Assembly (NCBI GenBank): GCA_034670305.1
Contig: JAXMNT010000084.1
Coordinates: 1 to 19,022 of the forward strand
Length of the DNA stretch: 19,022 nucleotides
Source of the DNA: Deltaproteobacteria bacterium
GTDB lineage: Bacteria > Myxococcota_A > Polyangia > Polyangiales > Houyiibacteriaceae
Direction: 5' to 3'
Part shown: one piece after another, positions 7,724 through 15,957 of the stretch
Layout of the letters: each line of letters opens with the position of its first letter
How positions within the stretch are numbered: the stretch's first letter is position 1
The notes under the pieces: model-generated
Database searches by the model: none
The model's input: only the letters and a program-made list of their open reading frames with translations
What the model was told of the DNA's origin: nothing
Position numbers and translations under genes: made by a program

Positions 7724-8599
7724 GTGGCGGTGCTTCGGTCGTCGCTGATCGCGCTGGTCGTGCTCCTCTCGAGCGGGTGTGCGTGGGAGGACCCGCCCCC
7801 ACCCTTGGGAAACAGCCCCGACGCCGCCTTGCCCGACACGGGTGGGGACTGCGAGACGGGCCTTCTCTGCGGAAGCATCTGCGTCGACACCGCGTCGGAT
7901 CCCGCCCATTGCGGCGCCTGCGACGTCGCATGCGGAGCGGACGAGGTCTGCGCATCGGGTGCGTGTGGGACGACGTGCCCGGACGAGACGACGATCTGCG
8001 CTGGCCGATGCGTCGACCCACAGACCGACGCGATGCACTGCGGCGGCTGCGGCGTCGCATGCGACGCCGCCGAAGTGTGCGTGGGCGGGGCCTGCGCGTG
8101 TGCGGACCCGGCGGTCATGTGTGGGGGGCGCTGCGTCGACACCAGCGTCGACTCCGCACACTGCGGCGCGTGCGATCAGGCGTGCGGGGCCGACGAGCGT
8201 TGCGCAGCTTCGTCCTGCGTGTGCACGCCCGGCCGCGAAGCCTGTGGCGACGCCTGTGTGGACGTACAGAGCAACAACCAGCACTGTGGTGGGTGCGATG
8301 CGGCATGCGGCGCGGGCGAAGTCTGCCTCGCGGGCACCTGCGGTGCGGACTGCGCGCCGTTGCAGGCATGCGACGGCACCTGTGTGGACACGGGCAGCGA
8401 CCCACGGCACTGCGGCGCCTGTGGCACCGTGTGCGGAGCCGATCAAGTCTGCCAGTCCGGCGCATGCAACACCTGCCCGGTCACCCTCAGCGCGTGCAAC
8501 GGCGCGTGCACCAACACGCTGAGCGATGCGCGCCACTGCGGCCGCTGCGATGCGATGTGTGCCGATGGTCAGAGCTGCCGAGGTGGGGTGTGTCGTTGA
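7724..8599 (+). CDS. Cys-rich repeat lipoprotein (6 MXAN_6577/Stig1-like repeats)
   Basis: Lipobox-like LSSG-C19; six C-x3-C(V/T)(D/N)-x6-HCGxC-x3-C-x5-C-x4-C repeats. Confidence 0.88.
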   Translation: MAVLRSSLIALVVLLSSGCAWEDPPPPLGNSPDAALPDTGGDCETGLLCGSICVDTASDPAHCGACDVACGADEVCASGACGTTCPDETTICAGRCVDPQTDAMHCGGCGVACDAAEVCVGGACACADPAVMCGGRCVDTSVDSAHCGACDQACGADERCAASSCVCTPGREACGDACVDVQSNNQHCGGCDAACGAGEVCLAGTCGADCAPLQACDGTCVDTGSDPRHCGACGTVCGADQVCQSGACNTCPVTLSACNGACTNTLSDARHCGRCDAMCADGQSCRGGVCR

Positions 8600-10125
8600 G
8601 TCCACGAACCCTGAGACGCGTCTTTGGGGTGCTCGCGCTGTGCGTTCAGTTCGGATGCCAGTCGGACCTCGGCGGATGTGATCTCGAAGCGGCCACCTCG
8701 CCGATCTACTACGACGAAGGCGGATACCCGGCCTATCCGGGCCAAGCCCTGATGGACGCGTCGTGCGGTGCGAGCCGCTTCTGCCACGCGCAGGGCATCG
8801 ACGGAGTCGACCGGCTGGGCGCGCCAGGGGGACTCGATCTGGACGTGGGGGTGGCGACGAGTCCGGACGAACTCGAGCGCTTGCGACGGGCGCGTCGGGT
8901 GGCGTGGAACCTGCGGCATGTGATCCAGATGCAGGTCGATGACGGGGCGATGCCGCCCGGTGGCGCGGCGGGCGACACGGCGCTCGGCGCGGCTCCGATC
9001 TACCGAGCCCACGTGGGCACGGCGGATCAGGTCGACCTCCCATCGGCCGCCTCCCCCGAAGCGCGCGAGATGCTGCGCAACTGGCTGGCGTGCGGAGCGC
9101 ACGTCGTCGAAGCCACGGAAGGCACGTCGACCGGCGTGGGCGACATCGTGCCGCGCGGCGCCGTCGTCTCCCAATGTCCGGCGGGCGAGTCGCCGTGCGC
9201 CGATGGCTGTGTGCCGACCGAGACGAACCCGGACCACTGCGGCGGATGCAACCTCGCGTGTGGTCCGCTCCAGACCTGTGCCGGGGGCGCGTGCGGGTGC
9301 GCCAACGGCCTCGAGCCCTGCGGCCCGGACTGCGTCGACCTGTCGACGAGCATCGCGCACTGCGGTGCGTGTGGCGTGTCCTGCGGCGACCGGTTCTGCT
9401 TTGGTGGAGGCTGTGTCGACGATTGTCCCGCGGCCACGACCGACTGCGGCGGAGCGTGCGTCGACCTCGCCTCCAACGTGGCGCACTGCGGTGGCTGCGA
9501 CGCACCCTGCGGCGCCGGTGAGATGTGTGCCGACGGACGTTGTACCTGCCAGCCGGGACTCACATTGTGTGGCGGCGCCTGCGTCGATCTCGCATCGGAC
9601 CCTGCCCACTGCGGCGCCTGCGACACCCCATGCATGGGGGGTGGCGTGTGTGGCGCGGGAAGTTGCAGCTGCCCGGCGGGCACGACTTCATGCGCAGGCG
9701 CGTGCGTCGACACGTCGAACGACGCGCAACACTGCGGCGGCTGCGGCATGGGGTGTGCCGCTGGAGAGGGCTGCACGGCCGGCGCGTGTGTCGGCTGCGG
9801 CCCCGAGGTCTCGTTCGGCGCACAGGTCCAGCCCATCTTCACCGGAACGTGCGCGGCGAGCCGCTGCCATGGCGGCGCACGCCCCGCAGCGAGCCTCGAC
9901 TTGAACGCGGGGCAGGCGCATCGAGAACTCGTCGGGGTGGCCGCGAGTTGCGGGGGACGCACGCTCGTTGTCCAGGGCGATGTTGATGAAAGCTACTTGT
10001 GGAGCAAGCTCACCGGCGTAGGCATGTGCAGCGGCAACCAGATGCCCAAGACCGGAGAGTCTCTTAGCTCGGGAGAGCTGGACCTCGTCCGCGCGTGGAT
10101 CTGTCGCGGCGCACGCAACGATTGA
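8596..10125 (+). CDS. Putative lipoprotein (~509 aa): cytochrome-c-like domain + 5 Cys-rich repeats + cytochrome-c-like domain
   Basis: TTG start overlapping the upstream TGA; signal peptide; CGASRFCH..MPP..WLACGA; five HCGxC repeats; VSF..QVQPIF..CAASRCH..QMP..LS..EL..VRAWI..GA. Confidence 0.82.
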   Translation: MSPRTLRRVFGVLALCVQFGCQSDLGGCDLEAATSPIYYDEGGYPAYPGQALMDASCGASRFCHAQGIDGVDRLGAPGGLDLDVGVATSPDELERLRRARRVAWNLRHVIQMQVDDGAMPPGGAAGDTALGAAPIYRAHVGTADQVDLPSAASPEAREMLRNWLACGAHVVEATEGTSTGVGDIVPRGAVVSQCPAGESPCADGCVPTETNPDHCGGCNLACGPLQTCAGGACGCANGLEPCGPDCVDLSTSIAHCGACGVSCGDRFCFGGGCVDDCPAATTDCGGACVDLASNVAHCGGCDAPCGAGEMCADGRCTCQPGLTLCGGACVDLASDPAHCGACDTPCMGGGVCGAGSCSCPAGTTSCAGACVDTSNDAQHCGGCGMGCAAGEGCTAGACVGCGPEVSFGAQVQPIFTGTCAASRCHGGARPAASLDLNAGQAHRELVGVAASCGGRTLVVQGDVDESYLWSKLTGVGMCSGNQMPKTGESLSSGELDLVRAWICRGARND

Positions 10126-10152
10126 ACGGTCCGCGGCTGGAGACGGTACGCG

Positions 10153-10797
10153 TCAGTCGAGCACATCGGCCCAGGTGTAGCGGCCGGACTTCAGAGGCGG
10201 AACGTCGCGGCCGCGCAACTTCGCCACGACGCCGAGCAGCTCGTAGAGTGCGTAGGCGGTGCCGCCGAAGATGAGCGGCTGCGCGCTGCCCTCCGGTGCT
10301 TCGAAGATCGGTGAGAGGTGCGCGATGCCGTCGCGGCTCCAGGTGACGCCGTGTACGAACGAGCGCTCCGCCAGCGCGAACATCGAGACCGGCACGAGCG
10401 ACGCGACTTCGTCCGGGCTCGGACGCAAACCGCTGAGCGGCTCGCTGCACCAGGCGACGAACGGTTCGAGGCGGAAGTCGGAGGTGTAGAGCGGGATGCT
10501 CGAGAGCCGACCGACGATGCGCGCGGACGTCAGGCCCACCTCTTCTTCGGCTTCGCGCAACGCGGTCGCCGCGACCGATGCGTCGGTGTCGTCCATACGG
10601 CCGCCCGGGAAACAGATTTCGCCGGCGTGCTGACGCAGCGCCCGGCTGCGTTCCGTGAGCAGCACCGTGAGGTCGTCGCCTTCCGGGAAGAGCGGGAGCA
10701 AGACGCCCGCCTTCACGTGGTTGGTGCGTCCGGGGAGCGCCGGCATGTCGATGCGCGGATGCGAGGCGAGCGCGGCTTCGAGCGCGGCTTCGGTCAC
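10153..10797 (-). CDS. Nudix hydrolase, CoA pyrophosphatase type
   Basis: VLLTERS..LRQHAGEICFPGG (NuCoA motif) followed by Nudix box ALREAEEEVG; IFGGTA. Confidence 0.92.
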   Translation of the reverse strand: MTEAALEAALASHPRIDMPALPGRTNHVKAGVLLPLFPEGDDLTVLLTERSRALRQHAGEICFPGGRMDDTDASVAATALREAEEEVGLTSARIVGRLSSIPLYTSDFRLEPFVAWCSEPLSGLRPSPDEVASLVPVSMFALAERSFVHGVTWSRDGIAHLSPIFEAPEGSAQPLIFGGTAYALYELLGVVAKLRGRDVPPLKSGRYTWADVLD

Positions 10798-10817
10798 CCC
10801 ACTGGACGGCTCGGCGA

Positions 10818-11303
10818 TCAGGACACCTTCAGCGCGGCGCCACCGAGTTTGAGCAGCCGCTTGAAGTGCACTTTGTCCACCGGCATCACGCTCAGCCGCA
10901 TGCCTTTGCGGACCACGAGCATGCCTTCGAGTTTCTTGTCTTCTTTCATCGCGGCGAGCGAGACGACCTCGTCGAACGCCTCGACGAACTCGACGTCGAC
11001 CAGATCCCAGCGCGGCTCTTCCTGCTTGGACTTGGCGTCGAAGTACTTCGACTTCTTGTCGAACTGGTGGGGATCGGGACGCGCTTCACCGACGATGCGC
11101 GCGATGCCCGCCACGCCGGAGGGTTTGCTGTTCGAGTGGTAGAAGAGCACCAGATCGCCCTCCTGCATCACGCGCATGTAGTTGCGCGCCTGGTAGTTGC
11201 GCACCCCATCCCAGGGCTCGGACGCGACCTTCTTCAGGTCCTCGATCCCGAACACGTCGGGTTCGGATTTCATCAACCAGTACTTGCGTGCGCGTTTGGC
11301 CAT
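10818..11303 (-). CDS. EVE domain protein
   Basis: YWLMKSEP, WDGVRNYQARN, GDLVLFYHS, RLSVMPV. ATG at 11303. Confidence 0.95.
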   Translation of the reverse strand: MAKRARKYWLMKSEPDVFGIEDLKKVASEPWDGVRNYQARNYMRVMQEGDLVLFYHSNSKPSGVAGIARIVGEARPDPHQFDKKSKYFDAKSKQEEPRWDLVDVEFVEAFDEVVSLAAMKEDKKLEGMLVVRKGMRLSVMPVDKVHFKRLLKLGGAALKVS

Positions 11304-11383
11304 CGGGGTCTCGGTGCGCGTCTGCGCGGCTTGAGCGAGCTTCTTGCGGACCGGCACCTCGAATGCCGACGGCCGCGGTCGCC

Positions 11384-11872
11384 CTACGTCTTGAGGTACG
11401 CGTTCGTGTAGCCCCAGCTGTCTTCGTAGTTCTTCGTGATCTCTTTGGAGACGAACGACTCGAAGAGTTTGCCGATGCCGAAGATCGTGCAGCCGATCTC
11501 GAAATCGACCACTCGGAAACAACCGTCGGGCCCGTTGGGTTCGGTGGTCATCTGGCCGCTGATGCTGATGCGTTTCGGAAACACACCGGGCACGACGTTG
11601 AACTCGTAGCGCGTGCCGCTCGGCTCGCGATGGAGCTGGCCGTGCTCCTCGAACGACACCGATTCGCCGAGTGCTTTGACCAGCAACTTGGGCGCATCGA
11701 CGACGGGCGTGATGTGCGTCTTGCGGACGCCGGTCTCGTGGTCGTCGACCAGACACTCGTAGCCATACCCGAGCCGGTCGTACATGTGCTGGTTGAATCC
11801 ACCGAGGTGGATGCGCTCCCAGAACACGTCGGGGGTGCACTCGATGGGGTGTCGAACCGTAAACGTCTTCAT
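11384..11872 (-). CDS. DUF2505-like (START/SRPBCC fold) protein
   Basis: MKTFTVRHPIECTPDVFW..., C-terminal IFGIGKLFESFV helix. ATG at 11872. Confidence 0.75.
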   Translation of the reverse strand: MKTFTVRHPIECTPDVFWERIHLGGFNQHMYDRLGYGYECLVDDHETGVRKTHITPVVDAPKLLVKALGESVSFEEHGQLHREPSGTRYEFNVVPGVFPKRISISGQMTTEPNGPDGCFRVVDFEIGCTIFGIGKLFESFVSKEITKNYEDSWGYTNAYLKT

Positions 11873-11918
11873 CGTGGGAGGGGTGCTAGCAGAGCCCGCC
11901 CGGAGAAGAAAGTGGGTC

Positions 11919-11996
11919 GCCGATTCCGAAGCCGAAGCCGAAGCCGAAGCCGATGCCGACGCCGATGCCGATGCCGACGCCGACGCCGATGCCGAT
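11919..11996 (+). repeat. 13 x hexamer (GCCGAH) tandem repeat
   Basis: GCCGAA/GCCGAT/GCCGAC units in phase, between divergent genes. Confidence 0.95.
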
Positions 11997-12068
11997 GCCG
12001 CCCAGCCGATGCCGGAGCTCGGTTCTCTCGGCTTGCTTCGCGCGCGGCATCCCTGAGATGGTGCGGCG

Positions 12069-12614
12069 ATGCGCACCGCCCTCGCCCTGATGTTCGCTCT
12101 GTCTTCTTCAGTCGCGTTCGCGGACGCCATCGAAGGTCCGCCCGAGAACTGCCCGTCCGGCGCGCTCGGCACGAGCAGCCACTACGGACCGATGTGTTCG
12201 CCGGATCTGTGCAACGACGACGCGGAATGCCAAGCGCAGGGCATGTTCCCGAGACCACCGGGGCGCGTGTGTCGGCCGAGCCAGTTCTGCGTGCTGGAGC
12301 GCACCATCAGCCACCCGCGCGGCGACACCCACCTGACGCAGTTCGAAGGACCGTGCGGTGCGGACGGTACCTGCGCCATCGGGCAGTGCCGGGCCGCGAA
12401 GTACTGCGTGGACCCGGACGCGCCGACGACTGCACCGGCGACCCCCATGCAGCCAAACATGCAGCCGAGCATGGCGTCGACGATGGGCACGATGCAGGCG
12501 ACCACCACGACCTCGGCGAGTGAAGAAGCCGACGGCTGCAGCGCCGCCCCCGGTGCCGGAGGCGCAGCCGCCCTCCTCTGCCTCGCCCTCCTGATCCGCC
12601 GCCGCCCCGAGTAG
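12069..12614 (+). CDS. Secreted Cys-rich protein with MYXO-CTERM sorting signal
   Basis: Signal peptide ending AFA-D, 10-Cys domain, P/T/M/S linker, C-terminal DGCSAAPG..AALLCLALLIRRR. Confidence 0.88.
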   Translation: MRTALALMFALSSSVAFADAIEGPPENCPSGALGTSSHYGPMCSPDLCNDDAECQAQGMFPRPPGRVCRPSQFCVLERTISHPRGDTHLTQFEGPCGADGTCAIGQCRAAKYCVDPDAPTTAPATPMQPNMQPSMASTMGTMQATTTTSASEEADGCSAAPGAGGAAALLCLALLIRRRPE

Positions 12615-12625
12615 CCGCCGCTGTT

Positions 12626-12645
12626 GCGGTAGCTGTCGCTACCGC
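12626..12645 (+). terminator. Hairpin after the MYXO-CTERM gene
   Basis: GCGGTAGC-TGTC-GCTACCGC, perfect 8-bp stem 11 nt after the stop; no U-tract. Confidence 0.45.
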
Positions 12646-12673
12646 TGCCGCCGTCGCTGCCGCTGTCGCTGTC

Positions 12674-12802
12674 GCTGGCTCTGTCGCTGGCTCTGTCGCT
12701 GGCTCTGTCGCTGGCTCTGTTGCTGGCTCTGTCGCTGGCTCTGCTGGCTCTGTCGCTGGCTCTGTCGCTGGCTCTGTCGCTGGCTCTGTTGCTGGCTCTG
12801 TC
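12674..12802 (+). repeat. 12-bp tandem repeat GCTGGCTCTGTY (10 full units plus one 9-bp unit)
   Basis: Read directly; preceded by degenerate GCYGYY hexamers from 12615. Confidence 0.97.
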
Positions 12803-12843
12803 GCCCCTGATTCTGACCCCGATTCTCTCCCGATCACGTTTGA

Positions 12844-12872
12844 TTGACATCGTTAATTTAACGTTGTAAACG
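12844..12872 (+). promoter_or_regulatory. Sigma70 promoter with overlapping palindromic operator
   Basis: TTGACA (12844-12849), 17-bp spacer, TAAACG (12867-12872); CGTTAA-T-TTAACG (12851-12863) within a 27-bp imperfect palindrome. Confidence 0.8.
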
Positions 12873-12878
12873 AATGCG

Positions 12879-13493
12879 ATGGGCCGGCCGGTACTCACGG
12901 ATGCACAGGTGGCGTCGTTTCGCGAGCGGGCGACCGAGGTCGCGACGGATCTGTTCGCCGAGCAAGGATTCACCGGGTTCTCCATGCGCGCCCTCGCCCA
13001 GGCGCTCGGCTGCAGCCATGCGACGCCGTACCGCTACTTCGCGAGCAAGGACGAGCTCTTCGCGACGGTCCGCGCCGCTGGGTTCCAGCGTTTCGGAGAC
13101 TTCCTGCGCGCGCGGCTGACGACGATCACCGAGCCCGAAGCGCGGGTCCGCGAACTCGCCACCGCCTACTTCGACTTCGCGCAGAACGAGTCGACGACCT
13201 TCGCGGTGATCTTCGAGATGGGCCAGTCGAGCGACGAGTTCCCCTTCGTCGACGAAGCCGGAACCGACGCATGGGGCGTGCTCTACTCCGTCATCGCGGA
13301 AGCGATCGAACACCAGGTGCTCCGCGGTGAGCCCAACGTGCTCGCCCACACGATGTGGGCTGGTGTGCACGGCGTCGCGACGCTGCAGGTCGCGGGCAAG
13401 TTGCGCATGGGCCGCACCGGAACCGACATCGTCGCGCACATGGTGGACGCGCTGATCCGCGCCCACCGCCACGAGGCGAACAATGTCCCCTGA
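12879..13493 (+). CDS. TetR/AcrR regulator with WHG-type C-terminal domain
   Basis: LFAEQGFTGFSMRALAQALGCSHATPYRYFASKDEL (HTH); WAGVHG. Confidence 0.95.
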   Translation: MGRPVLTDAQVASFRERATEVATDLFAEQGFTGFSMRALAQALGCSHATPYRYFASKDELFATVRAAGFQRFGDFLRARLTTITEPEARVRELATAYFDFAQNESTTFAVIFEMGQSSDEFPFVDEAGTDAWGVLYSVIAEAIEHQVLRGEPNVLAHTMWAGVHGVATLQVAGKLRMGRTGTDIVAHMVDALIRAHRHEANNVP

Positions 13494-13567
13494 GACCCAC
13501 CCGACCCTGCGCCGGTCGCCGAGTTGCGAGGGGCGCCGAGCGCCCGGCATGAAGAAAAGGAAACCCC

Positions 13568-15235
13568 ATGAGTGAGAAGTACGACGTCGTCGTGATCGGT
13601 TCGGGCATCGGAGGACTGACCGCCGCGCTCACCTGCGCCCTCCAAAGCCGCTCGGTGCTCGTGCTCGAAGCGGGCAAACAATTCGGCGGCTACATCAACC
13701 CGTTCTCGCGGCGGCACTTCCACTTCGACCCAGGCGTGCACTACATCGGCGAGGCTGGCCCCGGCGGCGCGTTCCGGCACCTGCTCGACCGACTCGGACT
13801 CGAAGACGTCGCGTTCTGCGAGCTCGATCCCGACGGCTTCGACCGCTACTCGTTCCCCGACTTCGAAGTGAAGAACTGCGTCGGCCTCGAGCGCTTCCGA
13901 GATCGCATCGCGGAAGCGGCGCCGAAAGAACGCGACAACCTGCATCGGTTCTTCCAGGTGGTGCAGGACCTCGACGCGGTGATCACCAAGGCGCCGCGCG
14001 TCCGTTCGCTCGGCGACGCATGGCCGCTCCTCCGCAGCGTGCCGAGCATCGCGCGCTGGGTGCGGGCCACCCTCGGTCAGATGCTCGACCATTACTTCAC
14101 CGACCCGCGCGTGAAAGCCGCGATCGCCGGACCGGTCGGCGACCTCGGCCTGCCCCCGTCCAAGCTGAGCGCGATCATGCACCTCGGTCTGCTCGCGCAC
14201 TATTCGCGCGGCGCGTTCTTCCCGTCCGGTGGCAGCGGCCCGCTGCGCGACGCGTTCGTCGACAAGTTGAACGAGTGCGGCGCGACCCTCCGACGCAACG
14301 CGCGGGTGAAGTCGATCCTGCACGAACACGGACGCACGACCGGCGTGCAGCTCACCGACGGCACGGTGTTCGAAGCCCGCACGGTGATCTCCAACGCGCA
14401 GGCGAACCTCACCTACGAGATGGTGGGCGTCGAACACCTGCGGCCGCGCATGCAGAAGAAGCTGCGCACGACCGAGCAGTCGATCGGATCGATCGTGGTG
14501 TTCGCCGGAGTGGACGGCGACCTCGACACGAGCGCGGTCGGAAGCAGCAACGTCTGGAGCTACGAAGACCTCGACATCGACAAGGCGTTCGGAGACGCGG
14601 CGATGGGCGACTACCGCCGGTGCGGCTCGTTCTTCCTCACGGTGCCGACGAACAAAGACCCGAACGGCGGCCTCGCGCCCGAGGGCAAACAGACCGTCGA
14701 ACTCGTCACGCTCTGTGACTCGAGGCCCTTCGCCAAGTGGTTCGGTACCAGGACCAAACGCCGCGGCGACGACTACGAACAGCTCAAGCAGGACATCGGG
14801 GACTTCTACCTGGAGCGGGCCGAGCGTGTGTTGCCCGGCTTGCGAGACCACCTCGAGTTCCGCGACGTCGCCACCCCCGCGACCAACCTCACCTACGCGT
14901 CCGCGGTCGACGGCAACATCTACGGACCGGCGCATGGACCGGGCCAGGTGTTCCCGTTCCGCTTCATGCCGAAGGCCCCGCTCGATGGGCTCTTCCTCTG
15001 CGGCGCGTCGGTGATGAGCGCGGGGGTGGTGCCGTGCGCAGGCAGTGGCCGCGACGCCGGCAAGCTCGCATTGAAACGACTGGACCAGACGAGCGCGTCC
15101 TGGCTCGGCCGCGTCCGCGAGAAGGTCGCGCCGCGCATCGTGGGTTCGAAGCTGCCCGAAGCTACAAGCGGTACGCCAGCCCGAACGCCAACTGCAGCAG
15201 CACCCGGTCGGAGTCGAAGCGCCCCGACTTCGTGA
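13568..15235 (+). CDS. FAD-dependent oxidoreductase, phytoene desaturase / retinol saturase-like
   Basis: YDVVVIGSGIGGL, FDPGVHYIG, ELDPDGFD, ATPATN, GNIYG, LFLCGAS..SAGV; RBS AAGGA upstream. Confidence 0.9.
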   Translation: MSEKYDVVVIGSGIGGLTAALTCALQSRSVLVLEAGKQFGGYINPFSRRHFHFDPGVHYIGEAGPGGAFRHLLDRLGLEDVAFCELDPDGFDRYSFPDFEVKNCVGLERFRDRIAEAAPKERDNLHRFFQVVQDLDAVITKAPRVRSLGDAWPLLRSVPSIARWVRATLGQMLDHYFTDPRVKAAIAGPVGDLGLPPSKLSAIMHLGLLAHYSRGAFFPSGGSGPLRDAFVDKLNECGATLRRNARVKSILHEHGRTTGVQLTDGTVFEARTVISNAQANLTYEMVGVEHLRPRMQKKLRTTEQSIGSIVVFAGVDGDLDTSAVGSSNVWSYEDLDIDKAFGDAAMGDYRRCGSFFLTVPTNKDPNGGLAPEGKQTVELVTLCDSRPFAKWFGTRTKRRGDDYEQLKQDIGDFYLERAERVLPGLRDHLEFRDVATPATNLTYASAVDGNIYGPAHGPGQVFPFRFMPKAPLDGLFLCGASVMSAGVVPCAGSGRDAGKLALKRLDQTSASWLGRVREKVAPRIVGSKLPEATSGTPARTPTAAAPGRSRSAPTS

Positions 15236-15911
15236 CCCCGTAGCCCGCCACCGCGCGGAAGAACAGCATGGTGGACCGGGTCAGCAGGCCCTCCAGCGCG
15301 AACATGCCGCCGAAGGTCGTGGCGAAGCCGTTGCTGTTCGTGCCCTTCGGCACGTCGTAGTAGGTCCCGGTCACACTCAGCCCCGTGGCGAGCGTCACGC
15401 TTCGGCTCGCCGCGTAGCCGACGCGCGCGCCGACTTCCAAGCCGGCGCCCCAGCCGAGGTCGTCGGCGAACGTGCCGTTCTGACCCACGAGCGCGCCCTC
15501 CGCGATGATCACGTGCGGACGCGCGTACGCGGCGAAGTCCACATCGCCTTTGGCATAGAGCAGCAGCCGCATCGGGAACGAGAGCTCGCCACCGACGCCG
15601 GTGCCGAACCCGGCGATCGGTGAACCCCAGTGGAACGCGCCTCGGATCGACAGGTTGAAGCGCGAGCTCGGCGCGAGCAGGAGCTCGGCGAAGATGCCCG
15701 GCCAGCCGGCACCCGCGGCGAGCACCACCTCCCCGTTGCCGACCGTGCGCCCGCTGAAGAGAGACAGCTGGTCCGACGTCGGTCGGGTCGGTCCCGGCAC
15801 GTGCTCGAGCGCCCGCGGTTCGGACAGATCGTCTCCGGGCGGCTCGTCCGCGAACGCTGGGGACGAGAGCAGAGAGAGACCCAACACCACGGCGACCAGA
15901 CGGGAGGACAT
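15162..15911 (-). CDS. Exported protein, putative outer-membrane beta-barrel
   Basis: Signal peptide (PAFA-D), Gly/aromatic alternating strands, C-terminal [11 protein letters not shown]. Confidence 0.75.
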   Translation of the reverse strand: MSSRLVAVVLGLSLLSSPAFADEPPGDDLSEPRALEHVPGPTRPTSDQLSLFSGRTVGNGEVVLAAGAGWPGIFAELLLAPSSRFNLSIRGAFHWGSPIAGFGTGVGGELSFPMRLLLYAKGDVDFAAYARPHVIIAEGALVGQNGTFADDLGWGAGLEVGARVGYAASRSVTLATGLSVTGTYYDVPKGTNSNGFATTFGGMFALEGLLTRSTMLFFRAVAGYGVTKSGRFDSDRVLLQLAFGLAYRL

Positions 15912-15957
15912 GGCGTGATGTTACCTGGTCGGGCGCCGAGGCAGGCAAAGAGAGGAA

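Noticed and set aside
4047-8060. 1337-aa minus-strand ORF and other long Arg/Pro-rich ORFs (2210-3766, 7523-9505, 13283-14935, 14920-17016, 15630-18017)
   Set aside because: Shadow frames of high-GC genes joined by stop-free repeats; no motifs, and they overlap well-supported genes.
7777-8595. N-terminal 273 aa of the 782-aa ORF
   Set aside because: Off-frame overlap with the 7724-8599 gene; a signal peptide begins at TTG 8596.
7724-8599. Multiheme cytochrome or ferredoxin call for the Cys repeats
   Set aside because: The motif is HCxxC, not CxxCH, and the spacing fits exported disulfide-rich repeats.
11885-11891. CTAGCAG as a third IS end
   Set aside because: Only 7 bp match, then diverges.
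12307-12837. (EPAT)n protein on the minus strand
   Set aside because: Translation of the 12-mer array; runs antisense into the MYXO-CTERM gene. Not fully excluded without proteomics.
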